IMG/VR virus record: IMGVR_UViG_3300017917_002765
Coordinates: 32,001 to 96,000 of that record
Length of the DNA: 64,000 nt
Source of the DNA: a virus
Reading direction: 5' to 3' (one strand)
The position numbers were made by a program, and so were the translations under genes. The notes under the pieces were generated by a model. It saw only the letters and a program-made list of their open reading frames with translations. It ran no database searches and was not told where the DNA came from. Of this stretch, positions 8,901 through 19,366 are shown in pieces. Within the stretch, counting starts at the first letter, position 1. Every line of letters begins with the position of its first letter.

Positions 8901-9640
8901 CCTATTGTATTTTTTGCGTTTATTCTTTTACCAATTATTTCTTTATAAGTTATAAAAACATTTTGATTGTTTTTTAATACATGGTATTGTAATTTATTAA
9001 TCTTACAAAATTCTTGTAATTTTTTAGCACCTAATATTTTATATTCATCTTTGTTAGGTGAGATTAATAAATAAGTTTTAACATCAGACCTAATTACTGA
9101 ATTGTTTGAACCTTTTCTTTTTTTACCATTTTCAATTATTTTTTTACGACCCTCATCTGTTAACTTTATTAAACCATTTTTATGTAAATTTTTAACAGAT
9201 TCTTTTTGTTTTAAACTTGTTGTTTTTCCATACATTGGGTTCTTTTCACCTTTTTTAGCTTCGCTTAATTTTTTTCTTGATTGTTCGGTTCTTTTATAAC
9301 CCACTTCACCTCCTTCAGTCATATTACACAACGTACCAGTTTCAATGTCAATTCTACCAATTAAATCGATTAATATTTTTTCATAAACTAAAGATTCATT
9401 TTCTGTTATTGATTCGATTAGTTTATATCTAATAGGTTCAAAACCATCGTTTAAAATTTTTCTTAATTTATTATAAAATAAACTATTTTTATTAACATTA
9501 ATTAAATGATGATTTATCCTATTTCTAGTTCCTTTACCAATGTACATTGGTTCATAATTAAACTTATATTTACCATACACGTATTCACCCTTTTTTCTTG
9601 GGTCTAAATAAACATAAACATAATATTTTTTTTCGTCCAT
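8879..9640 (-). mobile_element. Free-standing GIY-YIG/NUMOD3 homing endonuclease
   Basis: YYVYVYLDPR..YIGKG..R; LCNMTEGGE; KKLSEAKKGEKNPMYGK. Confidence 0.85.
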
Positions 9641-9681
9641 AATATTCTTTTATTATAAATATCATGGTTTTGGTAAAAAGT

Positions 9682-9954
9682 TTAAATAATACAAAAAAAT
9701 TGTTGAATAGGGCTTAAGTTATAAGGTACTAAACCATACATTCGATATTCTAAATACATTTCAGTTTTACGTGGTTGTGAGTTTGGTTTTACTTTGCATT
9801 TGCTCAACGCTTCCAAAAATTCATTTTTTGGCATTCTTGGGAATTCAAAAAAGTGCTTTTCCTTTGAGCCAAACCATTCCAATGGCCATTCATTGAGGAC
9901 AAGTATTCTTACGTTAGCTTCCGAGCACCATTCATAAGGTGTTTTTAAAATCAT
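9682..9954 (-). pseudogene. Orphaned 5' portion of the Pth2-like gene
   Basis: Paralogous to the N-terminus of 8175-8900 (LSKCKVKPNS..RKT..YLEYRMYGLV); ends abruptly before the endonuclease. Confidence 0.75.
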
Positions 9955-10027
9955 ACTATTTTATTTTAGTAACACAAAAATACTAAATAAAATTGAAACT
10001 AACAAATAAAAGTTTAAATATCTAAAC

Positions 10028-10513
10028 TTAATGGGTATTGTCAATGTGTTTCTTTAGCCAAGTTCTATATTTGCTCCTTAATCTATCTTTAAACAAAAAC
10101 CATTTCAAATCTATACTCCACCACAATTTAGTGAAAAAAGTTGGTATATCAAACCCATCCTCATCATACTCATACTCAACACAAGGATATGGTCGACCAC
10201 GTTCATCTATATAAATCCAATAACCTTCTTATTTGGTAATAGGGTCCATATATTCATCACCTTCAAATTCTACCCATCGCCAATCTTTGCCTTCAACGCC
10301 TTCTGGCATATCAGTAGGTAAATGTTCTTGTGGTTTGGCATAGTTCCAATTACACGAACACCCTATTTTGTTTTCTACGGAAATTACACAATCATCGCAT
10401 GAAAATGGGTTTGAATCTTTAGCGTAACCAGATAAGTAATACCATACAGCCATTTTACCGCAATCACATTTATACTTTGCCATTTTTTTGTTTTTCAGTT
10501 TGTAATTCTTCAA
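10028..10513 (-). pseudogene. Cys-rich hypothetical protein with in-frame TAA at 10229-10231
   Basis: Frame continues EGYWIYIDERGRPYPCVEYEYDEDGF... to TAA at 10028. Confidence 0.6.
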
Positions 10514-10931
10514 AGCTTAAAAGACCTTTTCCATATTTTTCCATTCTATCGGTATATCTATTTTTAACTCTTTGAGAAATAGGAATTGGGTTCCCTTCTT
10601 CGTCTATGTGCACAAATTTAATATTTGTATGCACAACAACGTCTTGTTTACCAGTATAAACATTATGTTTACGAACTTCAACGTAAAGTGTTATTGACGT
10701 GTTACCGAACTCTTTCACCGTGGCATAACATTTAATAATGTTGCCAACTTTAACAGGGTTTTTAAACACCAATTCGTCAATTTTTACTGTCACCATTCTT
10801 GGTGAATCACATATCTGAGCAGCATAAGCTGCTGATGCCAAATCAATTATTGACATCATTTCACCACCAAACATATTTGAATGGACACCCAACTGATTAG
10901 CTGTGCAAATATTTGTTGTTACCAATTCCAT
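10470..10931 (-). CDS. Acyl-CoA thioesterase (hotdog fold, YciA-like)
   Basis: NMFGGEMMSIID.A..A...MVTVKIDELVFKNPV. Confidence 0.85.
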   Translation of the reverse strand: MELVTTNICTANQLGVHSNMFGGEMMSIIDLASAAYAAQICDSPRMVTVKIDELVFKNPVKVGNIIKCYATVKEFGNTSITLYVEVRKHNVYTGKQDVVVHTNIKFVHIDEEGNPIPISQRVKNRYTDRMEKYGKGLLSFEELQTEKQKNGKV

Positions 10932-10932
10932 T

Positions 10933-11136
10933 TTACCACTGTCTCGTGTCGTCCTTAAATAAATTTGGATTGTTCTTTAACCAAGCCATAAAAGTTGGTT
11001 GAAGATTTGGTGGCAACGGATAGCCATTCATATAAACAACATCCATTACCACTTCAATCTCCTGACCAGCCTGTAGATTGACACCTTTCATTACTTCGGT
11101 GTCTTGTTTCAATTTGTATACTTTATTTGTCATCAT
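10933..11136 (-). CDS. Hypothetical protein
   Basis: ORF abutting its neighbours in the operon. Confidence 0.65.
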   Translation of the reverse strand: MMTNKVYKLKQDTEVMKGVNLQAGQEIEVVMDVVYMNGYPLPPNLQPTFMAWLKNNPNLFKDDTRQW

Positions 11137-11171
11137 GATGCAATTATACTACTTGTTTTAATAAAAATCAA

Positions 11172-12221
11172 CTATGAAACAGGTAATTTGAAAAACATTT
11201 CTCTTACCTTGGTTGAAACATACTTGTTTACGTCCTTTGGTTCAAGATTATTTTTTACAAGAGTATCCGTTTCTTCCTTGATGATGTCCTCGTTAATCCA
11301 TCGCATAACTTCACCCATTTTCTTAACATCAACTGGTTCGTTATTAGGAAACACCTTTTCAATTGCTTGGTTGAAACGGCTTTCAGTTACAGCATAATCA
11401 ACAAATTCTCTAATTGAATTAATTTTTTCAACATCGACTTCAGCCAATTTCTTCACCTTACTTGAAGAGTGCTTGTCACCCTTTAGCTTGAAACGGTGAA
11501 CTACATTCTTATCAATACATGACCACACAATACCTTCACCGATACCTGAGAAACCAAACGCCTTGGCAACTGGGCATTCTTCCTCAACAGCTAGTGTCAA
11601 CTCACCCAACTTATTTTGAACCAATTCTGGACGGTTAAAATCGATATCAATGCTGTATGTAGGGAAATCATCAATATTATAAATACGGGCTTCTGGTGCT
11701 CTCAAATAAGTGTAATCAACCCAGTATGCTGATGGTTGAATTTCGGAACCTTCAATTGGGGACGGAGAAATCTTTACACCAAAGATAAAAAATGATTTTG
11801 GAAGATTGGTTATTCCAACACCCTTTTGGATATTGCCACCGCACCATTCACCGTAAATACTGATAGTGTTTTGAGTTGGGTCCACATAAGGGATTGTTTT
11901 ATCAATAACTTGTGCGAACAACTCTTGAAACACTGCTTTATTTGACTCAGCGAAAAACGCAAAACCAGCGTTGTCTTGTTCTGGTGTAATGATGTTTTCA
12001 CGTGACTGATACCACATACCGTCATTCTGATTGTAGCAAACACCAGCATTGGTCCCGTGGAGCTTTACCGTACCCTTAAAGGTAAGTGTAGGCTTTGTTC
12101 GTGTTGTGTCATAAACAGGTTCACCATTTTCAAGTAAACCAACAAAGTTGTATTGACGATTAATACCAGCAATTACGTTTCTGAATTGTTCAATACTAGG
12201 AAAAGAAATGTGTTTTTTCAT
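11172..12221 (-). CDS. RNA ligase, Rnl2 family
   Basis: KLHGTN motif I; YGEWCGG; GEGIVW; FKLKG. Confidence 0.85.
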   Translation of the reverse strand: MKKHISFPSIEQFRNVIAGINRQYNFVGLLENGEPVYDTTRTKPTLTFKGTVKLHGTNAGVCYNQNDGMWYQSRENIITPEQDNAGFAFFAESNKAVFQELFAQVIDKTIPYVDPTQNTISIYGEWCGGNIQKGVGITNLPKSFFIFGVKISPSPIEGSEIQPSAYWVDYTYLRAPEARIYNIDDFPTYSIDIDFNRPELVQNKLGELTLAVEEECPVAKAFGFSGIGEGIVWSCIDKNVVHRFKLKGDKHSSSKVKKLAEVDVEKINSIREFVDYAVTESRFNQAIEKVFPNNEPVDVKKMGEVMRWINEDIIKEETDTLVKNNLEPKDVNKYVSTKVREMFFKLPVS

Positions 12222-12231
12222 TTTTATATTT

Positions 12232-13647
12232 TTAATTAGTTGCTAATTGTTTAACCATGTCTTCGATATTCTTTATGTTATCTAAAGAATCTGCTTCTGT
12301 TTTATCATCACGAATTTCCATAAATGCTGGGTATAATAGAGAGTAATTACCATCTTTGTCTTTTGACAAACCATTACATTTAACCTTAACAATCTTACCC
12401 ATAAGTTCTGGTTGATTTTCAGTAATATAAATCATCATATCTTCTTTGATACCTTGAGGGCGAGTTTTAACCAACCCATCTGATGATTCGCAATTAAGAC
12501 TTGAAATAACATCTTCGTTTTTTGTTCCTTTGGCACCATAGTTGAAACCAACAATTTTAAGGTCCAAATCCATTTCAAGTTTCATTTTGATTTGCCAATT
12601 AGGTTTACCATCTTTCCACTCACCATCGTAAGCTTTCAATATTGTTCCTTCTTGTGGCACCCCATCAATTTCAGTGGCCAATACTTCTTGAAAGTGTTCC
12701 ATCGCTTCACCATATGTCTTAACAAACTTGGAGTTAATTAAACTAACCATTGTTGAGCTTGACAGACTAATAAGACTAGAAGCATTGTTCAAACGAATGT
12801 AATAGGGGTTCTTTGATTTTTTTTCAAAGTATTCATCAACAGTTATCATATCCCATACGGTGTAACGAACATTATTAAGCGCTGTTTTAAAACTACCGTG
12901 TTTCTTCTCAAATGTAGCGATTTTCTTTTGCGTTTCAGATTCTGTGCGCTCATTACGTTTACCTTGAATATCAATCAAAGAAGCAATGATACCGTTGCTC
13001 TCATAACGAGGAACACCATCCATGGTTAATTCACCGTTTAATACACAATCTTGAAATAAAGCTAATTCAGAAACAAATTTAGCACCAGTTAACACGGTTG
13101 GTTCTCCACTACGACTCTCAAGTTCAACTTCACCGCTACGAATAATAGCATTGCAATAACGGCCATCCATTTTTATTTGAGAAAAGCCGCCTTTCCCTTT
13201 TTTAAAGACTTCACGAGCCTTTTTCTCATCGAATGAAATCGCACCCATATATTTGGTTTCTTCGATAAGGTCTTTGAAAACCTTATTGATAAACGTAGTT
13301 CCCATTCCAATCTTGCAATCCTTTTCAATAATACGCTCAATGATGTATGCATCTTCAGAAGACACCCCACTTAAAAGCGTTATAAGCCAATTAATAGCTT
13401 CACTACCAGTGTAAGTTCTATCAGTAATAAATTTCAACCCATCTAATGCCCATTCTAAGCTTTCACCACCATTGTTGTCTGGAGTATAGTCTGGAAGTTG
13501 CTTTATAAAGAACTTTACCCTCTTTGAATCAGCCATATAAAGCACACGCTTTAACAGTTCGTTATCTTTATACTTTTTAAGGATTTCCATTTTTTGGTTT
13601 GTGCTGGAAACTCCTGCAATTTCGTCAAAAATGTTTTTTATGGTCAT
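12232..13647 (-). CDS. ATP-dependent DNA ligase
   Basis: QIKMDGRY; LNGEL; EGTILK; IKMK; C-terminal OB fold ..IRDDK. Confidence 0.92.
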   Translation of the reverse strand: MTIKNIFDEIAGVSSTNQKMEILKKYKDNELLKRVLYMADSKRVKFFIKQLPDYTPDNNGGESLEWALDGLKFITDRTYTGSEAINWLITLLSGVSSEDAYIIERIIEKDCKIGMGTTFINKVFKDLIEETKYMGAISFDEKKAREVFKKGKGGFSQIKMDGRYCNAIIRSGEVELESRSGEPTVLTGAKFVSELALFQDCVLNGELTMDGVPRYESNGIIASLIDIQGKRNERTESETQKKIATFEKKHGSFKTALNNVRYTVWDMITVDEYFEKKSKNPYYIRLNNASSLISLSSSTMVSLINSKFVKTYGEAMEHFQEVLATEIDGVPQEGTILKAYDGEWKDGKPNWQIKMKLEMDLDLKIVGFNYGAKGTKNEDVISSLNCESSDGLVKTRPQGIKEDMMIYITENQPELMGKIVKVKCNGLSKDKDGNYSLLYPAFMEIRDDKTEADSLDNIKNIEDMVKQLATN

Positions 13648-13734
13648 GTTTTTGTTTTGTGATTACAAATGTAAATAATTTTTTTGAAACTACAAAATTT
13701 TTATTTGATATAAATAATAAACTACCTAAGAATC

Positions 13735-14691
13735 TTATAGCATTTTGTATAACGTTTTGTCGTCATAATTAAAGATGAAGTCTTGAACCGAAGCAATCTT
13801 ACCATCATTTAAACCGAAGTATAAACCAGTAAAATTCTTAACACCATACTTACCACACACATTAAATACAGCCTCAGCAAATCTCTTCTTCTCTTGTGGT
13901 GTGATGTTCTTTGGGCGTTTATCTTGTAACTCAACCCAAACATTATTCAACTTATCAACCAACACGTCATAGTTAACCTTTAACTTATACAACTCATCCT
14001 TACGGTCTGGGAATGTAGCAGCAAATTCTTCTATTTCGTTGGTTTTAACGATAGCTATGATGTTGTGTTCAGCTGTCTTTCCTTTCAAGTGGTGAACCGC
14101 AACATAAGCTGGGTTCTTTATCTTTACTCGGTTATGGTTAGCATCAACCACAACATAACCTTCATCGTGCCAAACCATGTTCTCAAACGTCTTCAATAGC
14201 GCACCAACGTTCTTGATGTTCAAGTCATATGCCTTAACTCGTGGAACACCCAAAGACTCAGCTATCGCTGTTAATTCGTCAAATGACACTTCTTCAAGTG
14301 TTTCAAGGTTACGAACTGTCAACAAAGACGCTGATGATTCACCGTGTGGTTTAACAACGATGTTATATGGGGTAGTCAATTCAAATACGTAAGTATAACC
14401 TTTAGTAAACTTAGATGCATCTAAACCATACTTATCCTTAACAGTTGTCCAGAATAGTTGGTTGAAGGTTGTACCCAACTTGTTGTTTACTTCACCTTCA
14501 CCTTCGGCAGTACCAGTGGTACCAGCATACCAAACGTTTTTATTCCAGTCGAAATAAACTTGTATACAAGAATTATGCACCAATATGTTATTAGCAAAAA
14601 AATTATTATGTGTTTTTGTTTGTATATCGTATCGTTTTGAATTGGAGTCAATCTTTTTAATTGATTTTATTTTAACCAGCTTATTTTCCAT
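13735..14691 (-). CDS. Split-intein C fragment (40 aa, ..VHN) fused to C-extein of an Rnl1-like RNA ligase
   Basis: YDIQTKTHNNFFANNILVHN|SC; FELTTPYN, EGYVV and RVKIK ligase motifs. Confidence 0.9.
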   Translation of the reverse strand: MENKLVKIKSIKKIDSNSKRYDIQTKTHNNFFANNILVHNSCIQVYFDWNKNVWYAGTTGTAEGEGEVNNKLGTTFNQLFWTTVKDKYGLDASKFTKGYTYVFELTTPYNIVVKPHGESSASLLTVRNLETLEEVSFDELTAIAESLGVPRVKAYDLNIKNVGALLKTFENMVWHDEGYVVVDANHNRVKIKNPAYVAVHHLKGKTAEHNIIAIVKTNEIEEFAATFPDRKDELYKLKVNYDVLVDKLNNVWVELQDKRPKNITPQEKKRFAEAVFNVCGKYGVKNFTGLYFGLNDGKIASVQDFIFNYDDKTLYKML

Positions 14692-15628
14692 TTTTTATTT
14701 CATTTATTTTGTTCAAAATAATAATACCTAATTCAACATCAGTTAATTTGTTTATATCATTTTCCCACAAAGGTAAAACAAAATATCCGTGTTTCAAAGC
14801 ATTTAACCTTTTTTTTTCATCTTTTTTCCAAACATCCTTAGCTGTTATTTGTTTTTTACACCCTTTTTTATTTGGAAAAGGTATTATATCTGCTGGTTTA
14901 TATTTTTTTGGGTTGGCGTGCCAAAAATCACCATTAACTTCTATTATTAATTTAACTCCATCGATTTTATAATCATAAAATTTGTTTTTAATCTCAAATT
15001 GTGGTGTGTAAATAATACCTAAATTAAATAGAACATCACCTATTCTTTTTTCTATCGAACTTAATTTACCTCGTTGACTATTTAATTTCCTAACCCATTC
15101 AGCCTTACCAACATTGTCTAAGTAATCCCAACCACTAAGACGTTTTTTACCGTATATTTTTTCGTTTATCGTTGAAAATAACTTAATTGTTTCTGGGTCT
15201 TTAAAAACATTATCAACACCATAATGTTTAAGAAACGTTTCTTTTTTCTTTTCCTTTATTTTTAAACTACTAGATACATTATCTACACCATATTTTTCCT
15301 TACAAGTTTTTACATATTTATCCCTAACACTTTTTTGTTGTGCAATCTCTGATATTTTCTTTAGTTTGACCCCGTTCAATCTTAACAATAATGTTAGACT
15401 TTTATTAGGTATCTTATATTTATTAACCAAAGAAAATACAGAACCATCATTTTCATAATCTTTAATTATGTTTTTAATTTTATTTTCGTCAAGTTTAAAC
15501 CTTACTTTTAAAACAAAAAACTCTAACTCATCGTTAGAGTTGAAAGAATTAGAATGAGAGTTTTTAATATGTAATTTAAACATTTTACTATCAAACTCCG
15601 TATTACATTTATCACATTTAATCTTCAT
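14681..15628 (-). mobile_element. Free-standing endonuclease (DUF559/Vsr-like) between the split intein halves
   Basis: KYGVDN repeats; SSIEK..YD..IIEVNGDFWH..LWEND. Confidence 0.8.
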
Positions 15629-15685
15629 AATATTTATTTTATTATAAATATATGAAATCTTAGAAAAATTTGAATATCGTCAAAT

Positions 15686-16276
15686 TTATTTAGTAGTTAT
15701 TAAAACTTCATCACCCTCAGATAAATCCTCAACTTTACGATAACAAGATAACTTTGGTAACCAAACTCTGTGGTTTCCAGTTAATTTTATTGTTTCACCA
15801 TTTTCCATTTCTATTTCATACCAGTTGTTAATATTATTTTTAACAGAATGTGCCAGTATTTCATCAAAAACGATTTCGTTTTTTTCTATATCGTAAGATA
15901 ATACTTTACCAGAATATTTAGTATCACAAATTTCTTTAATACTTTTTTCACCAACTTCTGTTATTAGGATAGTTGTCTCATCAAGACAACCGTCCAATTT
16001 TTCAAGAACATGAGCAGTGTTCCAATCTATCTTGTGTGCGTTGCCTTCTTCTGAATTGAAAAATTTGGTGAACGCCAATGACATTACCTTCCAAGTATCT
16101 TTTTCAAGGACAAGTCCACGACATTCTTGAACTTCTGGCTTAGCCATAAGTGTTGGACTACATAATTGGTCATATTTCAACAATACTTTTGTATCATAAA
16201 CCCTAGTTTTAAGGTCAAATGCAAGTATGGTTTTAGCCAATCCGTTCTCTTTGATGTATTTTTGTATTGCTAACAT
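15686..16276 (-). CDS. Rnl1-like RNA ligase N-extein fused to split-intein N fragment
   Basis: ECRGLVL, KFFN, EKLDG|CL; intein block B IKLTGNHRVW. Confidence 0.9.
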   Translation of the reverse strand: MLAIQKYIKENGLAKTILAFDLKTRVYDTKVLLKYDQLCSPTLMAKPEVQECRGLVLEKDTWKVMSLAFTKFFNSEEGNAHKIDWNTAHVLEKLDGCLDETTILITEVGEKSIKEICDTKYSGKVLSYDIEKNEIVFDEILAHSVKNNINNWYEIEMENGETIKLTGNHRVWLPKLSCYRKVEDLSEGDEVLITTK

Positions 16277-16325
16277 AATTCGTATTTAGAATACAAATGT
16301 AATAATTTTTTTTGTAAATTACAAA

Positions 16326-16583
16326 CTATTGATTAAGAATAAATTTTCCAGTTGTTTTGTATATATATGTATCTCTTAGTGAATTACCAACTATTAATAT
16401 CGAAGTGTCTTTTTTATCTTCAGAAAGATACATATAGCCACCAATTGGTAATTCTAAATCAAAAAAACAAGATGAAAATTTTTTATCAGGACACTCTAAT
16501 TTATATTGAAAATTATTTTCATAGTGTGTAAGCGTACCAGCTTGACAAAAAAAACTAATAATTGTTGCAATAACTATTTTCAT
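16326..16583 (-). CDS. Hypothetical protein
   Basis: ORF only. Confidence 0.5.
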   Translation of the reverse strand: MKIVIATIISFFCQAGTLTHYENNFQYKLECPDKKFSSCFFDLELPIGGYMYLSEDKKDTSILIVGNSLRDTYIYKTTGKFILNQ

Positions 16584-16597
16584 GGTTAAAAATTTAG

Positions 16598-16670
16598 TAG
16601 TCCCAGAGGGATTCGAACCCCCATAAAGAGCTTAGAAGGCTCTTGTCCTAATCCATTGAACGATGGGACC
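16598..16670 (-). tRNA. tRNA-Arg(TCT), solitary copy
   Basis: AGAGC-CTTCTAA-GCTCT; near-identical to 22201-22271. Confidence 0.95.
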
Positions 16671-16678
16671 GTAAAAAA

Positions 16679-17023
16679 TTAACCTAATGGTGCTTCACCT
16701 TTATCTCCTCGAAGCTTGTTTATCTGTTTAATGATTTCATCATATGAAACACTATTAGCTTTTTTCTTTAAATATTCGGTTATATCACTTTTGTTCTCTT
16801 CTAACCCATCTAAAAGTTTTTTTGCAGTGTACATACTTGTTAATTGACCTAACTCATATGTTTCATCTTCAGTCATAATTGTACCAGCTAGCAAAATCAT
16901 AAAATTACCAGATTGGCTGATACAAAAATCTTTTCTTTCCATTCCTTCATCAACCAAAACCTTACCCATTTCTAGAAACATAGCACTAAGCTCTAAACGT
17001 CTATTTATATTTTCTTTTTCCAT
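16679..17023 (-). CDS. Hypothetical protein
   Basis: ORF with TATATTTG promoter element upstream. Confidence 0.65.
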   Translation of the reverse strand: MEKENINRRLELSAMFLEMGKVLVDEGMERKDFCISQSGNFMILLAGTIMTEDETYELGQLTSMYTAKKLLDGLEENKSDITEYLKKKANSVSYDEIIKQINKLRGDKGEAPLG

Positions 17024-17060
17024 TAAGCAAATATACTACTATTTTTAATAATATGCAAGT

Positions 17061-17990
17061 TTACTTCACAATTTCTGTTACAAAACCAGTAATAAAAAAT
17101 GGTTTAACATCTTGCCATTTGGTGATATCATTCGACAACACTGGTTTACCGCCATCTGGGTTTACAGCAATCGTAACGTGAGGAATAGCGTTTTTAGATG
17201 GATACCCTTCAACTTGTACTGCCATAGCCATATCAGACAGACCAACTTTTGTCACCTTCAAAATGACTTCCTTGCCAATGTCAGTCTTATCCTTTAACTC
17301 ACCCATTGTTATTGTCATGTGGTGGGCATAAGTCTTCCAACCATCTGGAATTTCCAATACAAATCGCTCAAGCAATTTATTGTGTGAAGCCTTATCCAGA
17401 AGAACACAAGAATACAGTACGTTTGATTTATTATACATGTCTTTAGAATCCAAAACACTTTTAAGGGTAAGAGGTCCTTGTGCTGTGTGACTAGCAATCA
17501 TAGCTTCAATCCTTTCTAACGGAACGCCATGAGTGTTTCTAGCAGCCAATTGTGTAGCCTCAAGTCCAGCGGTACCAACATCAACAAATTTTATGTTGTT
17601 ATCAGCAAAACCCATTTCAAGAGCCGCTACAACATATGCTTTTGGTTCGTTTTGCTTAATGTTTGTGTTGTCAACAATAACTGGTGTAATCCCAGCTTTC
17701 ATCGAAGTAATTGCATCTTTTAAATTTTGTGAGTGAACCTTGCTTAGAGCACTAAAATCACCAGTAGCAATCATCTTAGCAAAAAACTCAAGATAATCAC
17801 CAGATTTCTCAATAACATCGTCTGTTGAATGAATTTTACCTTGACCTACAAGTGATTTAGCCTTGGTTGATTTTCCAGCTCCAGGTATCCCACGCATAAC
17901 AATAAGCTCTTGGTTAGGTCTGGTTACAGACACGCCCAATGAGTTTTTTTCTGAACCCTCACGCAGTATTTCTTTGATTTTTTCTTTCAT
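17061..17990 (-). CDS. Polynucleotide kinase (AAA_33) fused to 2H cyclic phosphodiesterase (RNA end healing)
   Basis: MRGIPGAGKST; IVDNTN; RNTHGVP; HHMTI and PHVTI. Confidence 0.82.
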   Translation of the reverse strand: MKEKIKEILREGSEKNSLGVSVTRPNQELIVMRGIPGAGKSTKAKSLVGQGKIHSTDDVIEKSGDYLEFFAKMIATGDFSALSKVHSQNLKDAITSMKAGITPVIVDNTNIKQNEPKAYVVAALEMGFADNNIKFVDVGTAGLEATQLAARNTHGVPLERIEAMIASHTAQGPLTLKSVLDSKDMYNKSNVLYSCVLLDKASHNKLLERFVLEIPDGWKTYAHHMTITMGELKDKTDIGKEVILKVTKVGLSDMAMAVQVEGYPSKNAIPHVTIAVNPDGGKPVLSNDITKWQDVKPFFITGFVTEIVK

Positions 17991-18036
17991 ATTTGCAAAG
18001 GTACAAAAAATTTATGGGGTTTCCAAATTAATTTTA

Positions 18037-18354
18037 CTATTTCTTTCGATTCAAAAATATATAAGAAACCAAAGTGATTAAGCCAATTACAATAAAAGAT
18101 TTAGCAAAAAATAACGGAATGTCATATAATTCATGAAGCATCCAAAAAATATTCATCATAACCCAAGAAGAGAAAATTCCAGTCGAGGAAATGAATTTTT
18201 TTGTTTTGAATAATATGTATACTGTTAATAAAAAAGTCGGAATCACCATTATGGTTGCCAATAATTTCCATTTTAAAAGCCAACAAATATCTTTTAACAA
18301 CCAGAAACTAAAGTGAAGAAAATCTAGCTTATTTTCCTCTTGAACCATTTTCAA
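18037..18354 (-). CDS. Hypothetical membrane protein
   Basis: H..FWLLKDICW motif; several TMs. Confidence 0.65.
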   Translation of the reverse strand: MKMVQEENKLDFLHFSFWLLKDICWLLKWKLLATIMVIPTFLLTVYILFKTKKFISSTGIFSSWVMMNIFWMLHELYDIPLFFAKSFIVIGLITLVSYIFLNRKK

Positions 18355-18721
18355 TTATTTCCATTTTTTCACCATTTCTATCTATTAATATGTATTCACA
18401 CTTTATTAAACCAAACTTATCTAAATGGTCTAACACTTCATTGGCCGTAAAGCATGAGCAAGAGTAAATATCAAATTGAAACATTGGAGGAGAGTATTTT
18501 TCCCAAATGTGTATTGAGGCATGTGAAGTGGCTAACGTTACCGTTCCAGTTAAACCCTCATTTCCTTCCTCAGAAACATAAACTGAGGTTGGCCCAGCCA
18601 CAACAACCATTCTAACTTTTTCAACTAACTCTGTAAACCATTTATTTAAAACATCAACTTCTGATGGCGGATTTTTAACGTATCCTTTAACGATTAAGTG
18701 AAGGTGATTTGGAACAAACAT
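18329..18721 (-). CDS. speD: S-adenosylmethionine decarboxylase proenzyme
   Basis: GLTGTVTLATSHASIHIW...FDIYSC. Confidence 0.8.
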   Translation of the reverse strand: MFVPNHLHLIVKGYVKNPPSEVDVLNKWFTELVEKVRMVVVAGPTSVYVSEEGNEGLTGTVTLATSHASIHIWEKYSPPMFQFDIYSCSCFTANEVLDHLDKFGLIKCEYILIDRNGEKMEIIENGSRGK

Positions 18722-18766
18722 TCTGAATTTTACAAATAAATATGTTGTTTATTAGAAAAATAATTA

Positions 18767-19366
18767 TTAATTATCTTCAACACTTACAAGTTCTATTATG
18801 TTAGGATTGTAAACAATAATGTGGTTACCCTCACCTTGATGTCTTGGTACGATTATACCATCTATACCCATCTTAACCATATTTCTAACATATTCAACTG
18901 GTTCGTATCGATAAAATTCAATCCATATTTGTTGAGCCAAATCTTTTTCAGTATCATTATAATCTATTGAACTATCTACAGCCATTGTTAGCCCTTTATA
19001 TGGGTTTATATCAAAATTTTGAGCAGTAGCTTTCCAATCTGGTGCCATACGCATCACTTTGGTTGTGAATGCTTTCCATTTCGATGGAACCAATGGTGTC
19101 ATATCCATCAACTTTCTTGGGGAGAGTTTTACAGTGTATATTTTATTGCCGTAAACTTCAGCTTCTTCTTTAACCGTTGTAAAATAAATTCCAGGTCCTT
19201 CTTGGTCCATAGCTTCAGCTCCACCTACAAACTCATCTGAAAAACGTTTAATTTCAGCTTTGGTTCCGTGGAATACAGTATAAGAGCCACCTTTGGTGAT
19301 TTCATGAATAAGTGATTCTCGAAGTCTTTTAGTTATTAAGTCTTTCATTTTAATATACGTCATCAC
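18767..19366 (-). CDS. ADP-ribosyltransferase-like protein (ART-PolyVal-like)
   Basis: VFHGT...GPGIYFT...AEVYG...GIDGII...IVYNP. Confidence 0.65.
   Translation of the reverse strand: MMTYIKMKDLITKRLRESLIHEITKGGSYTVFHGTKAEIKRFSDEFVGGAEAMDQEGPGIYFTTVKEEAEVYGNKIYTVKLSPRKLMDMTPLVPSKWKAFTTKVMRMAPDWKATAQNFDINPYKGLTMAVDSSIDYNDTEKDLAQQIWIEFYRYEPVEYVRNMVKMGIDGIIVPRHQGEGNHIIVYNPNIIELVSVEDN

Noticed and set aside
14681-15685. Group I intron in the RNA ligase gene
   Set aside because: Almost no flanking sequence for an intron core; both halves have their own start/stop codons and split-intein ends
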